From Octopus vulgaris (lineage: Eukaryota), in assembly GCA_951406725.2 (NCBI GenBank), contig OX597830.1, positions 57,412,001-57,476,000 on the forward strand: a stretch of 64,000 nt of DNA, written 5' to 3'. A program made the translations under genes and the position numbers. Shown one piece after another: positions 1 to 13,330 of the stretch (positions within the stretch are counted from its first letter, which is position 1; every line of letters begins with the position of its first letter). The notes under the pieces were generated by a model. That model made no database searches, had not been told where the DNA came from, and saw only the letters and a list, made by a program, of their open reading frames with translations.

Positions 1-129
1 GGGTTAATTACCTTATACATTATGATGATGATGATGATTATTGTGGGGGGGGGGGGGTTAAACAACCAAAGCCCCTCCACCAACATATGCATCATTGGAC
101 TCATAACTGTGTGGCAGGCAATGCTCTCT

Positions 130-385
130 GCAGGTGGATGAAGATACATGAAGGCTTAGATGTATGTGTTTGTCTCTTTGACTTGACATCAAATGATTGT
201 AGTAAAAGAATGGAAATCATTCATTTCCGATATTTTGCATAAACATGTCTGGTTATGGAGAAATATTAGCTTGCTTGGAACCAGGTAAGGGTTGGCAACA
301 GGAAGGGCATCTGGCTGTAAAAAATTTGCTTCAATAAACCCCATCCAATATGGACAGTTAAAAAATTATGATGATGATGATGATG
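130..385 (+). mobile_element. Old retroelement 3' end with (GAT)n tail
   Basis: GGAAGGGCATCTGGCTGTA motif shared with the RTE 3'UTR family; ends in (ATG)n. Related decayed copies near 11.8, 15.0, 18.9 and 21.4 kb. Confidence 0.55.
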
Positions 386-687
386 GTATACACATACACA
401 ACCTGGAATCCACATTCCTACCCTGCATTATGGAAGCAATACTTTCCTGAAAAACTTGCCTTAGCATCAAATTTCATAACATGAAATTAATTTTACTGTT
501 GATTTTTCATGTTATAAACTGACAAACTGATGTTACTCCATGTTTGTGGCACATCGTTTCTTTGGACAGCCAAGTATAGGAACTGAACTCATTATAAATT
601 GTTCTTGTAATTTTTATGTTACGTTCACCAGCAGGTCGTTATCACTAAAAACTTAAAGACCTTTCCCTATGTGCCAAACGTTATCTT

Positions 688-1296
688 CATCATCATCATA
701 ATCATCGTTTAATGTCTGCTTTCCATGCTGGCATGGGTTGGACGATTTGACTGAGGGCTGGTGAGCCAGAAGGTTGCACCAGTCTCCAATCTGATCTGGC
801 AAAGTTTCTGCAGCTGGATGCCCTTCCTAATGCCAACCACTCTGAGAGTGTAGTAGGTGCCACCAGCATGAGGGCAGTCAGGCAGTACTGGTATTGGCCA
901 CACTCAAATGGTGCTTTTAACATGCCACCTGCACAGGAGTCAGTCCAACGGCACTGGCAACGACCACGCTTGAATGGTGCTTTTTTTACATGCCACTGGC
1001 ACTGGAGGCAGTCAGCAGTCCTGCCAAGGATCACACTCAAATGGTGCTTTTAATGTTCCACTGGCATGGGTGCCAATCAGGCAGTATTGTCATCGACCAC
1101 AACAGCGATTTCACTTGCCTCAACAGGTCTTTACAAGCATAGTTTATTGTCCAATGATTGAAGGGTACTCTTAAATGGGCTGGTTATACAGCACTGGCAT
1201 AGGCCACAGGTTATGGTCTCACTTGGCTTGCCAAGTCTTCTGAAGCACATATCTCCAAAGGTCTCAGTCACTTGTTATTGCCTCAGTGAAGCCCAA
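688..1296 (-). mobile_element. RTE LINE 3'UTR fragment ((GAT)n tail)
   Basis: (CAT)n-GTTTAATGTC-CCATGCTGGCATGG...CTGGATGCCCTTCCTAATGCCAACCACTC plus internal ATGGTGCTTTT..ATGCCAC modules. Same family as 52811-53440, which retains RT coding sequence. Confidence 0.8.
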
Positions 1297-1299
1297 ATA

Positions 1300-3300
1300 T
1301 TCTTTATTGTGTTGAAAAAATTTCTGTATTCTCAATTATATTCTCGTTTGAACAGCATTATCTCATTAGATAAATGTTCTCTATGAGGATACTAGCAACT
1401 CAACCACATCATACTCAATGACTTCTTCAAACCCAACACCCTTTGCAAGTGTCACAATATCTTTCTGAATTTCTGTTTGAGGAAAACTTGTCATGTCAGA
1501 GATACAGTCTGGCCAAATATGGTTTCAAGCACCATTCAAAGTTAAAGGTTTCACTTCATTTCATGACTCGGCTATATTATCCACACCATTTATTGTGTTG
1601 AACTTCTTCCAGAAGTCTCTAACAATTGCCTTCATTAGCTGTTTAATTGTTCTTCTCAGATAATATGCATTGAAGTTAACTATCACCCCTCGATCCATTG
1701 GCTGAAGCAAAGAAGTTGTATTCTTGGGGATATACATTCTACTCTCACATAACCAGAAAGTTAATCTAAGTTCACTGGGTGGTTTGGTGGGTTGTCTAAA
1801 AGGAGCCATTCTTTGTTGGAAATATGCCTGGACAAATTATGTTTGTACAGCACTTTTTAGAAAAGCTCTTTCCTACCCATTCTTTCTTATTTGAAGAGCA
1901 GCACAGACATAAATTTATTTTTGTATAACCCTTGAAATCCCTTGGATTTTTGGAGTGACACATTAGTAGGAGTTTTTATTTTATATCACCAGCAGCATTT
2001 CTTCCCAGAAGAAGTATCGGATATTTTTGCAAGTTTTAAATCCTGGGTTTTTAACTTTTTGAGAAATAGAAGTTCTCGTAGGCACACACTTCCAGAAAAG
2101 AGCAATGCCATCAGCACTGTATACTTTCTAGGGTATGTAGCCCCATTTAATAGACACTTTCGTTTTTCTATTCTTTTTCTATTGCTCAGAATAATTAGTA
2201 GCAGCCTGTGAATCGGCACAGGCAACTTCACCAATCATTTCATGTTGTACAAATTCAAGTGCTTCTTTAACTTTTCAAGGTAGCCATCAATAACCAGAAA
2301 AGGTTTTTCATTACAAGCTTTGGACCTTTACCTTTTGACCAACAGATTTTTTAAATAATTTTTTGTAACTAAACACTTTCAAACTTCAGACACTGGTAGA
2401 ATGTGTCATATAAAACATCTTTTACTCTTAGCTTTTTGAGAAGAACTTATATTTACGAAGTTATTTCACATTAAAGTATTTCGGTAATTTCAACCAATCA
2501 ATGACGTGTATTCAGCTGAATAAAATTACTGCCGTTGTTTGTCAACAACAATTATCAGCAGTGGTTTTTTCATTTGTCACTGTTATTTATGACATCATTC
2601 GAGAGTTTGTACTGGTTTTAGCTTTAAGGTTTTAGGGTTAGGGTTAAGGTTTTGGGGCTAGGGTTGTCATAAATAACAGTGACAAATGAAATATACACCA
2701 CTGGAAGTTCTTGTTGACAAAAATAGCAGTAATTTTATTCAGCTGAATACACGTCATTGATTGGTTGAAATTACTGATTTACGAGAACTTTAACGTGAAA
2801 TAACTTTGTAAATATAAGTTTTTCTCAAAAATGCTAAGAGTAAAAGATATTTTATATGACACATTCTACCAGTGTCCAAAGTTTGAAAGTGTTTAGTTAC
2901 AAAAAATTATTTCTTAAATCTGTAGGTCAAAAGGTAGGTCATCTCCCTTTTTCTACAAATTGTCACAGAAACTTTTGGCCTCCCTTTTTTTTTTAATACT
3001 GGTTATTAGCACAATGTGTTCTATCTGATCCTCAATTCATGCACCCAAGAGTCATCCAATTTTAAGCAATACACAGGTCTATGAAAAATAAGGTCCAAGC
3101 AGTTAACAGAGTAACCTCTCGAGTACTTGGCTTAATTGTCTCTCCATTATCATAAATTGTTCTCACTGTAGATGTGGCAAGCTTTAATGTTTCAGCTACA
3201 TCACTGATTTTTATTCTCTCCCACATCAAGCCTTCTTAAAACATCAAGTTATATATCCAGTATAATCTTTTTATGGTTCTTTTTCACACAACTGAATTCA
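1300..3300 (-). pseudogene. Decayed pogo/Tigger (CENP-B/DDE_1) transposase
   Basis: ORF 1561-1809 contains IPKNTTSLLQPMDRGVIVNFNAYYLRR, the DDE_1 C-terminal motif. Frameshifted and interrupted by a palindromic MITE. Boundaries approximate. Confidence 0.8.
2329..2936. mobile_element. Palindromic MITE with ~265-bp TIRs and a telomere-like spacer
   Basis: TACCTTTTGACC... (2329-2594) is the reverse complement of 2665-2936 (...GGTCAAAAGGTA). The 70-bp spacer contains TTAGGGTTAGGGTTAAGG...CTAGGGTT. Flanking TA is a possible TSD. Confidence 0.85.
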
Positions 3301-3817
3301 ATTCCACTTGAGAACTTTGAATTGCAAGTAAGTCCAACAGAAGCAGAAATAAAATAACACCAGGAAAGAACTGTTTGAGGAGAGCAAAAACATTCTTATT
3401 CCAATGGATGTAAGAAAGGAAATGAAAAGATGAAACTGAAGGAATAAGGAAGGCTGAAATACTGTGTGATTAATTAGTTGAAGGGTTAACAGATTCAAGG
3501 GCACATTGTCCCTTGCACCTCTAACTTGAGCTATAAAATCTCCACAGTTACATACACCAATGTGCTAACATACAACATATGTAGCTACAGACATGCTGAT
3601 ACAATTAATATTGTTGTCAGTTGGTTATTCAAAAGCTGGTGGGTTTTTAGTAATGGTGGTATTGGTTGTACGTTGGAGACATTGTTGGTGGTGATGATGG
3701 TCATATTGTTCTTGCTGTGTCCATGCGACTTAACATTTTGTCGGTTTCTTTCTTACAGAAACCGACAAAATCACATTAGGGCCAAATCAAAGTGTTTTAA
3801 GTAATAATAATAATAAT

Positions 3818-3860
<43 letters not shown>

Positions 3861-5139
3861 TAGAGAGAGAGAGAAAATGAAAGAGATTCCCTGTGACCCA
3901 AGAAAATATACACAAACACACAAATATTCAGTCAATGTGTTTATAGTAATGCATAGAAATGCATTGTAATTTTTTTTTTTTTTATCAAATCGTTAGAATT
4001 TATCCAAGTTCCTGTAAGGGCAAAATTACAGATTGTATCCCGAAATTAGTGGCTCTACTTGACAATATCCTTCAGTGTAAAATCATGTAACCTTATGTTG
4101 CTGTAACATCAGTGATGCTTTTGTGCGTGTATATGTGTGTGTATACACACACATTTCATGGAATTGAAAAAATAATTCTTAAAAAAAAAGTCCCTTGAAC
4201 ATAGTAAAGAAGAGTGAAACGACAAACACTAAGACAAGGAGTTGTGAATGACATTAGAGAAGCAAAATGGAAAATCTGGTCTCCACTGTGAAATCTAGTT
4301 AACAATTATGATTAATAGATCAGCCCAAGTACGACCAACACAACCGAAAAGTGTTTGGGTGGAACAGACAGGGAGTCCCTCAAGTACTAAGGTTTAAGTA
4401 GATCAAATCTGCTGTGAACCGACCCCCACCTCACTGTTAAGTGGACCAAGTGTCCAATAAGTGTTAAGGTTAAGTAGATGAAACAACCTACTAAATATTA
4501 GGGTTAAGTAGGCTTAACACCAGCCCCCTCCACCCTCCCCCTACTTGTCATTCCTTATCTTTTTATTATCATCAACAACAAATATTTATCAATGTTGACA
4601 TTCAAACTATTAATGTAATAAGCAGTGTAACAGGAAAGAGGAGTGAGTTTTTGATAATTTCACACTTGGTGTACAACATACTTGTTATTTACAGCAAGGA
4701 GTTGACTGCTTGGTTAATAAATAACCTTTTACACTTTAAGATCTATTTCACACTTTGAGTTTCCAAGAGACATCTCAAAGAGCTACAAAGCTGGTATAAC
4801 AAGAACTATTATCATTAAAAAAAAAACCCATTGTTTGAGAACAATAAATAACACTTCAGGTTTTAGTTTGTTTTGTTTTCTTTAAAATTGGCTGGCATTT
4901 TGAATTTGCCATTCATTACAGCCAAAGTCTGCAAGAAAAAAAAGAACAGTAGATTGATTGGCAATTTTGAACATTTGTTCCTTCTCTCCAAAGAAGAAGA
5001 AATGTCCGAAATGTTGGGTTTTTCACTCCCCACAAGTAAATCAACTCACTGAAATCTATTTTTCTGCCAATTTTTATGGATTAACTTTTGTCCATGCCAA
5101 CTGCCATCAATTTCCTTGGATTCCAGATCTAATAACAAT

Positions 5140-5314
5140 CAAATACTAATGCATCGCATTCACCAAACACTGGTACATCACTGACACCAAACACTAGTTT
5201 ATTATTTACATTCATCAAACACTAATAATACATTAAATCCATCAATCAAACACTAGTACATTAACCACATTAATTAAACACTGGTATGTCATTTAGACTC
5301 AACAAACGCTAGTA
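5140..5314 (+). repeat. Degenerate minisatellite, 7 x CAAACACTAGT core, 24-31 bp period
   Basis: Cores start at 5140, 5164, 5188, 5216, 5247, 5275 and 5303, with diverged linkers. Confidence 0.7.
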
Positions 5315-6185
5315 TATTGATCATACCAATCAAAAAGGAAGACACTAAAACTAGCTTATGAATATTAATGTAGCAAATCTACTTTGGCACCAGACAAATA
5401 ATGGTAACGAATACTAGAGTTACAGCTAGACAATATTGTCATGCTAGTTTCTTATAGCATGGCACTAACATGTGCATTAGTACTTACTTCAAATACCAGT
5501 TTCTGTTTCAGGTGTCAGGTTGTTGAGATAGATGACACTTCTCACCTGCAATATCTTCTGCATATTCTGGCATTAACAAAAAAATATCTTATTTTTATTC
5601 TATGAGCCTTAACAGAAGTTATCAGCCTGAGGAAATTATGTTATTACCAGAAATGTGGCACATACAAACCCACTTCAATAATGAAAGTATAAATACTACT
5701 AACAATTATGTTTCTGGACAAAAACGTATTCTGTCTCTAACACTGGAGTGATTTCTCATTGCTTTCTCCAGTTAAGTACAAGGCCAAATAAGGTGGCAGT
5801 GTAACACACTTGCCTTTCGCAAAGACATTAATAAGTAAAACAGCTGCAACTTAGATTTGGAACCAGACTGCAGACTTCTTGCATGGAAACTTGTATTCTA
5901 CTTTAGAGCATCACAAAAATGAAGTGGAAATCACGTAGAGTGAACTGGTTTCAGCTACCAAATTCCAGGGCAACAACCACATTCATCACCAAACACTAGT
6001 CACGTCTAGGAAATATATTAAATGTCCCAGCCAACAGACAATACTAGTAGTAATAGTAGTAGTACCAATTGAAATTTCTAAAAGGAAGCCTCTGTACAGT
6101 CACATGATCTGCTAGGAACAACATCCAAATAATCCAGGAATCACATCTTACCATCTTTAAAAAAATAGAACACACTGTAGTATAA

Positions 6186-6403
6186 CCCTTTATCATTTAA
6201 ACCAACCATATCTGGCCAAAATAATCTACCTTTCACAATGTTCAAACTGGTCAGATTTGGCCTTTCACACCTATCCTACAATGCCATTTGAAAAATAAAC
6301 ACTCACATCATCGGAATCTGAAAACTACAAGATAATGCCTGATTAATTCGAAAGAATGGAAAATGAGCATTCCATTTGACAGAGTAATCAGAATGCTAAA
6401 GGG
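6186..6403 (-). mobile_element. piggyBac-like MITE (CCCTTTA...TAAAGGG)
   Basis: Same family as 17918-18126 in reverse orientation; CCC/GGG termini. Confidence 0.65.
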
Positions 6404-8494
6404 ATGCTGCTGCCCTGGAATCATTGCATCTGCAAAATAGGATAGAATGGTCAGAGCTGGAGTACTTCTAATAACAGGTCTGACCATTGGCTGAATGACA
6501 TAAATATAGCAATTTTTGTTGCAACAGGATACCATCAAAAAAGGTCAAATTACAGAATAATGACCTGAGCTCGTGTCACTGTAACCCAAGCTGCTCTGCA
6601 CTTTAACAAAGCCATGACACTTGGTTCAGTCTACCTAGCTGTAAACAGGTGCCATGTGCAGGTAGGTAAATGTGAATATGGTAAGAAGCAGGGAAATTAC
6701 TAAAATTAGATTGCAATGTTGAGTTGAAGTCCTCTGGAAAAAAGCAAAGGAAAATCCTTTCCAGACCAAAATCCTCCAAAGAGTTTGATGGGAACAATTG
6801 AATGCTACCCTAATGGTTGGCCCTAGACAAGGGACCCCATCCTCTTTGTCTATTTTGCCTTCAGTTCCAATACCAGACCCTGATGCAAACAACAACAGCA
6901 ATCATAACAAGATCCATCTTATATTTCATTAAACTCCTCCCAAACGGGTGTCCACTACAAGATAAATACCTCACTAAAGCACAACAGATACAACAACAAC
7001 TACTACTACTACATGTATTTGTTTTGGAGAATATCAGTTTTCAGCTGTAGTTGTTATGATTCCATCCAACTTTCTCAAAGTGTTGCTACACTGGAGTGAT
7101 ATCCTGTTACTTTCTGCAAGTAGTCATGAAACTTGTTGGGTTTTTTTTCTTTCGGTGGGGTGGGGGGGACTTGGGAATTGATAATATTCATACATTTCCC
7201 CAGTGCATAGTAACAATATAGCTGAAGTGAAATTAACAACTGGGAAATGAAACCAGGTCAAACACTCAAGAGACCTGAAACTTTCCTTCCACACTAAGGC
7301 ACTTTTCACTATAACTGCTATTGCTAACACTGCTATCATTATTACATTACTATGACAACTACTATTATTCTACTACTGCCACCACTACCCAACAATTGGT
7401 AAAGTGCCTGCAGGTATGTCTTCTCTGTAGTATAACGATCTACTTTTAAGCATCTGTCTCTCATTTTCAATTCCTCAGGCCTGATACCCAAACCCTCCAA
7501 GTAATATTTCTGGTGAGAACTTAAACAGTAGGAAACTTATATTATGGTGAAATCTGTGCCATTTTAATTGTTTATTTTTGCATAACAGATAACGTCTTCC
7601 TTAGCACCATTATTGTTGACTTGCAGGTAACCAACCGTCAACTAATAAACATACCTTTCTCCTCCTTTTCATAAGAAACCCACAACCACCTCGCTGCCCT
7701 AACCATATTCAAATTCTGTCGATATTGTTGGAGTCCATTACATCATAATTTCCAATCAACCAATAATTTCCATGAGTGTATTGATTTGGACATGAAATGG
7801 TAATTAATGATGCATAAGGCATGAGAAAGTGTTGTGGATTTAGCTGTGGTAGGAGAAAACTTGAAAAGAAGTAGTTCGAAGGAACTAAAGAACAATGAAA
7901 ATTGCATGATAGAATCTGCACCATTTTATTTTCTTATCATCATCACCATTTAACGTCTGCTTCCAGAACAGATAATGATATTTCTCTTGGTATAGTAATT
8001 AGTAGATAACCAACCCTGTTATTAGAAAACACAGTTCAAATCAAAAGGGTTCTTGTAAGAACTCTGCTCCTGCTTAGGTTTTATACATTGTTTCACTCAA
8101 GTCCCTAACCAATAAATATATTTTCTATTTCCAAGGCACCAAACTTCTCTAATTATTGATCCTTCATTCTTACCTCACTTTCATTTCAGTTTCCATTCAA
8201 GCTCAGCCATGCTCATATATTTTTGGTTCTTAATCCAACACTGTGACCTTTGGGGGCCTTCATAGACTGGAGAGGTCAAATCAGCTAATGATCATCTTAA
8301 ATTTCTGCAAAAGTGTTCCAGAGAGTTGTAGTTCTGGGAGTGTTTGGTGTAGGGTTTTGATGAGTGAAGCACAATAGGAATTACAAGAAGAATGGATATA
8401 GTTTACAACTAGCCTAGTTCAAGAGTCAAGACTTTTGTAGTAACACAAGAAGAATAAGATGGAGGATACAACCAATAGGTGGGATTACATGTAT

Positions 8495-8746
8495 TTATTT
8501 CTTTATTGCTCACAAGGGCCTAAACATAGAGGGGACAGACAAGGGCAGTGACCCCAATGTGGTTTGAAATTTCCCCATGACAACAAACAAGATGAGGACA
8601 AATATCCTTATTTAATCGACCCCGAAAGGATGAAAGGCAAAATTGACCTCGGCGGAATTTGAATTCAAAACCTAACGGCAGACAGCAGACAAAATACCGC
8701 CAGGCAGTTCGTCCGTCCTGCTAACATTTCTGCCAATTTGCTGCCT
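8495..8746 (-). mobile_element. tRNA-derived SINE (family 3) carrying a hammerhead-less family-A fragment at about 8561-8606
   Basis: Matches 24866-25087 and 39181-39406; B-box-like GAATTCAAATTCC on the minus strand. The insert GGTTTGAAATTTCCCCATGACAACAAACAAGATGAGGACAAATATC matches 9584-9629. Confidence 0.8.
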
Positions 8747-9278
8747 TATTACATGTATTGGTAAGTGCAAGTCAATGACCTTTTAGGGGAGTATGCAGTC
8801 AACAATGCCTTCATGTGTAACTCAGATGGGAGCAGTATTTTTATGTAAGTTGTACCTGTATTTTGCACAATACCTGCAAACATTCAGTGTGTCTTGATGC
8901 AGTTGCAAGAGACTAAGTGGTCACATCGTCATTGCATGACATTACTCATGAGGTTAGCGCACATCAGTCGTGAGGTGTGTGGGCTGTGAGTGGATAGTGA
9001 CATAAAAAGTAAAGGGCTGTATTATTTGCATAAGAGTGTTGCACAGAAACTGGTTGATGCCAAGTTGGAAAGAGCGTAAGTTGAAGAATGAGAAACACTT
9101 ATGATAGACAATCACCAATGGAGATTTGAAAGAAAAATACTTTGGAGGAAACCTTGAACCTCAACACTGAGACTATGGAAAATCTAGACTAAGAATATGA
9201 AGAAAACCAACAGCAACCCAAAGACCTGGGGAAAACATGCAACAGATCGCAAGTTCCACAGAGAAACCATTTCAACTA

Positions 9279-9649
9279 GTACAGTTTTATATTTAAAAAA
9301 TGAGGAATTATGTACATTATTTACATTTGACAGATATTTGTCCTCAACTTGTTTGTTGTTAGCACAACGATTCGGCTGATATATCCTCCAGCCTTCATCC
9401 GGTGTCTTGGGGAAATTTTGAACCTGGGTTCTTATTCCTAAGGTATTTTTCGATGTTATTATAATTACTATTATTATTATTATTATTATTCAGGTCACTG
9501 CCTGGAATCAAACTCGGAATCTTGGAGTTAGTAGCCCACGCTCTTAACCAATACGCCATATACCTGTGGGCATATGGCATAGTGGTTCGAAATTTCCCCA
9601 TGACAACAAACAAGATGAGGACAAATATCCGTCAAATGCAAATAATGTG
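9279..9649 (-). mobile_element. Family A tRNA-head/hammerhead element, fold-back insertion with 11-bp TSD
   Basis: Full copy on the minus strand (9279-9565) and an internally deleted inverted arm (9566-9649). CATTTCAACTA is repeated at 9268-9278 and 9650-9660. The hammerhead core is mutated (CGGATGA/GAAT). Confidence 0.8.
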
Positions 9650-10259
9650 CATTTCAACTACTGTAAAACAGTTTGTAAAAATCCTATAGAAATGAATTGA
9701 AGAAATGAGAAAGACGAGAAATTCAGCAAAGCCAACTACATCTAAATCTGACCATCAAATGCAGCTTGTGCACTGTTTTGTGCAATGATCAGTTATGTCA
9801 GTCATCAGAAATATTAAGCACAATGAATGGTTTGTCTGAAGAAAACTAAACTTACATGGAAAGCTGCAATTTGATCAATGAATCATAAGCAGATAACACG
9901 CATATATGAGTGATTGGGGCCGCATTTGGTTAACAATCTGAAATTGTAACAACAAACTACGAGTGGACTGTGCAACATGTCTAATATGTGCTGAGAGAGC
10001 ATGCATGAATGGTGTCCTAAATGAACAAATTGTATAGTGAGTGAACAGTTTTTCTGAAGAAAATTATATTCAACCAACAAGCTGAAATTCAAACAACAAA
10101 CCACAAATAAACTATGCATGCATATAAGTGGCTGCAAATACCCAAGTACGCATTTCATATAACTTGCAAATCTTTATATTTTATAGGTGAAATAAACATC
10201 AGAGATGCTTTGCTACTCAGAGGTTTTGCAAGTTCTTCTAAATCCATTGCAATGATGGA

Positions 10260-11700
10260 AAGCCTTCTGCATCAAAATTAGGTTAAGTATTATTTGTTAA
10301 ATACAGTTGCTTTGAATTTGCTTCAGAAAGATGTTTATGGTTGTGATGGCTAGTTGGAGTGGGAGTGCTGGGAATGTGGCCTGGGTGTCAAAGGGGCAGC
10401 AACCCGAAAATATTTGGGAACCACTGGCACAAGTGAAGCGATAATTTGTGCAGAAGCCAAACAGTTGTCTGATGATCTTAGAGTGAATTCTGCCAGTGGA
10501 AGTGATACTATGAGTACTGAATTTTCTTGCTTCGAAGAACTGGTTTACCAGATTCCATGCCATTGTGAGGTGTGGTGAGTCTGCTACTGCAAACACTAAA
10601 CCAACTCATGAGTACCACATTGTGCTTTTAAACATTAGTGACAAGGGTAGCTTTGTTTCACAACCAAGATAAAACACCAGCTGGTTTACAAAACAAAAAA
10701 TATCAGCTCTATTATTTAAAAAAAAATACGGCTGGTTCTATGCCTCATAGAACACAAGTCATATTAGAGAATTTGTGCAAGGCCACAAAGTGATGAAAGA
10801 CCAGCTGACCTTACTTTCTATACAAATGCTTCTGAGGATTTGTAAGCTAAAATTTTCCCCCATTTACCATTCAGGAACCCAATCCCACTTCCCAAGAATT
10901 CAAAAACATTCATAAGAATCATCTTGATGTTTTCTGGCAGCTGAATTACAAGGCTTTGATGACTAAGAATCTTTTCACTGAGTGGTTGTTTGAAGTGTTT
11001 GGCCCTACTGTGCATGAATACCTTAGGGACAATAATCTTCTCCTCAATGCCCTTTTGGTCATAGATAATATCCCAGCCTACCTTCCATATTTTGATAGAC
11101 CAATTACTGGAACAGATCAGATTTGTAAAAGTGCCTTTCCTGCCTCCCAACACAACTTCCTTTCTCTGGTCCAAAGGACCAGTAAGCCATTTCTAATATT
11201 AAAAAAAAAACTCTATAAAGGCTCTCTTTAGAAAATGTTTTCAGGCCACTGACCCTTGGAAAAGTCAGTTTAATATTGCTGATGCAGGGAAGCTTGGAAA
11301 CCAGTTTCAGTGTGCTGTTTGCATGCTACTAGGTGGTCACTGTAGCCTGAGAACATGCTTCTAAGAAACTTTGGTAGGACCCTATTGTGCAAGAAGTTGT
11401 CAGTCTGAGAAATTCCAGGAATCTGGAAAGGAAAATATTCTTACTTAGTATCACAGAGATTTGTCTGGTTGTTGGAATAAAATCTCTAAATTAACCATTG
11501 AATATGTCCCTGACAGAGCTGCTGTGGAGCTGGGCTTGAATCACTTCAATGGCACAGTAATGTGCCATTCAAGTAATGGCCTAACTTTTGGAAGCAATCA
11601 ACCCTGGATGCCTTTTTTAGGAAGAAGATAATCTTCGACCATTCAGAAGAACCAGAAGAATGTGTACACAAGATGTCTATGAAAGAGGGCACTTCTCCTC
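10260..11700 (+). pseudogene. Decayed pogo/Tigger transposase
   Basis: ORF fragments EAIICAEAKQL (CENP-B HTH-like) and MTKNLFTEWLFEVFGPTVHEYL..LLVIDN (DDE_1), with many frameshifts. Confidence 0.8.
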
Positions 11701-13019
11701 CAACCTTTTCTCATTAATGTCCTCCTCCTCTACCTTTTCTTTGCATCCTCAACACTTTGCTACACTCAAGTAGGATACATTTATTTACAGGCATTATTAC
11801 TTTATTGATTTATTCCTTATGTGTTTGTTCATTTGTTCAGCATCCATTTTCCCATGCTGGCCTGGATTCGGACAGATATTTCATTAGGAACAGGATTTTA
11901 CAGCCAGGTCTTTCCTGTCACTAATCTTTGTTTTCAAGTAAGGGATATCATTTTATTCTACAGCTTTAGGATTTTCCTTGTCTATGAAACAACGGTCAAC
12001 CCAGACGTCCCTTCATAAAGAATTACAGACAAGTTGAAGCCAAATATACATGTAAACATAAACAGTTCATTTACAATTATTGCAAACATGTTTAGACAAA
12101 GAGAAAAACAGACACACATGCAAACATACCCTTATTTATATGCTTAGGTATTTTATGCATTTGTTACTGATGGAAGGATGATGAGAAAAAAAACACCATT
12201 TCATGCCTCTATGTAGAGTTTGGTTGCAGCTTTGAATAGATTACTTCTACTTATATGTATTTCAATTACTGATGTAACGAATAATATGGCTAATGAACAA
12301 GACTCCAGAATGGATTAACTTCATTTATAGAGACTTCCCTGCAATCACAAATGAAGAAATGCCGTCACTGACAATAATTATATTTAAGTCCAAAACGCTT
12401 CTGTACAGTTTCCGTCTACCAAATTTTGCTGACAAGATTATGGATGGAAGATTATTAATAAAGTGCTGCTGCTTGGTGAGACTGAACTTGGAACCACTTG
12501 GTTGCAAAGTAACCATTTTGAGTGGAGAAGGCACAGCTGGTCGACACAACCCTTAAAATGTAATAAGTACTCATTTCATTGCTCACCCACCCCCCTCCTC
12601 CCCAACCAACCCAATACAACCAAGGATGAAAATCAAAGTCAACTGCAATAGTAACAGAACTCAGAGTGCAAAAGAATGGAGTCCAGCACTTCACTGATTC
12701 TTCTAACTTGACATCAAATAATAAGGACAGCTTTTACAGGGTCACTTAACAGGCTAGAAATAGCAACCAAATCTCTCTCATATAACACTCAAACACCTTG
12801 GAAAAAGGAGACTTTGGAAAATATGGTTCTGTGTTCTTTGCACATAAATAAAAGATAGGAGACTGACATCTCTAAAGTCTTTAATCACAGATCTGCTGAA
12901 GTTAGAAACCAGAAATAGTTTCTAACATAAGCATAAGACCAGAAACTTGGATGAGGGGTTGGTTGAGTAATTCAACCTTAGGTATTGCACTGGTACATTA
13001 AGACAGACTCACAAACAAA

Positions 13020-13330
13020 GCCTTGTGGGAAGCAGGTGAACCAGGAATCAATTGAAACCCAGAACAAGAGGAGGAAAATGGAGGGTCTACCTTGTAATGC
13101 TTCCAACATTATAAGGCAAACAAAACCCTCTAATGGACACCCCCAAGGGAGATGGAAGCATGGCAAACCAAAAACAATATGGACCAAAGTTCACAGAAAC
13201 TGAAGCATTGCCAGGTGATTACACTTGGAGACAACTGCAATCTGTTGCCAAAAGACCAACACAGATGGAACTCTGCTGGTGCCATATGTTTCGCATGGAG
13301 CCAAAAGAGTAAGATGAAGAGAAACATGAA
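13020..13330 (+). mobile_element. RTE LINE ORF2 C-terminal remnant
   Basis: Translates to ...HPQGRWKHGKPKTIW and DQHRWNS..AIC, resembling the RTE W.PQG.R.RGRP..TW...DR..W C-terminus. Confidence 0.55.

Noticed and set aside
3735-3771. 15-bp perfect hairpin resembling a rho-independent terminator
   Set aside because: The DNA is eukaryotic and there is no associated gene; an isolated short inverted repeat.
5140-5314. Repeat-spacer pattern resembling a CRISPR array
   Set aside because: The core is only 11 bp and degenerate, the linkers are short and related, the context is eukaryotic and there are no cas genes. It is an old minisatellite.
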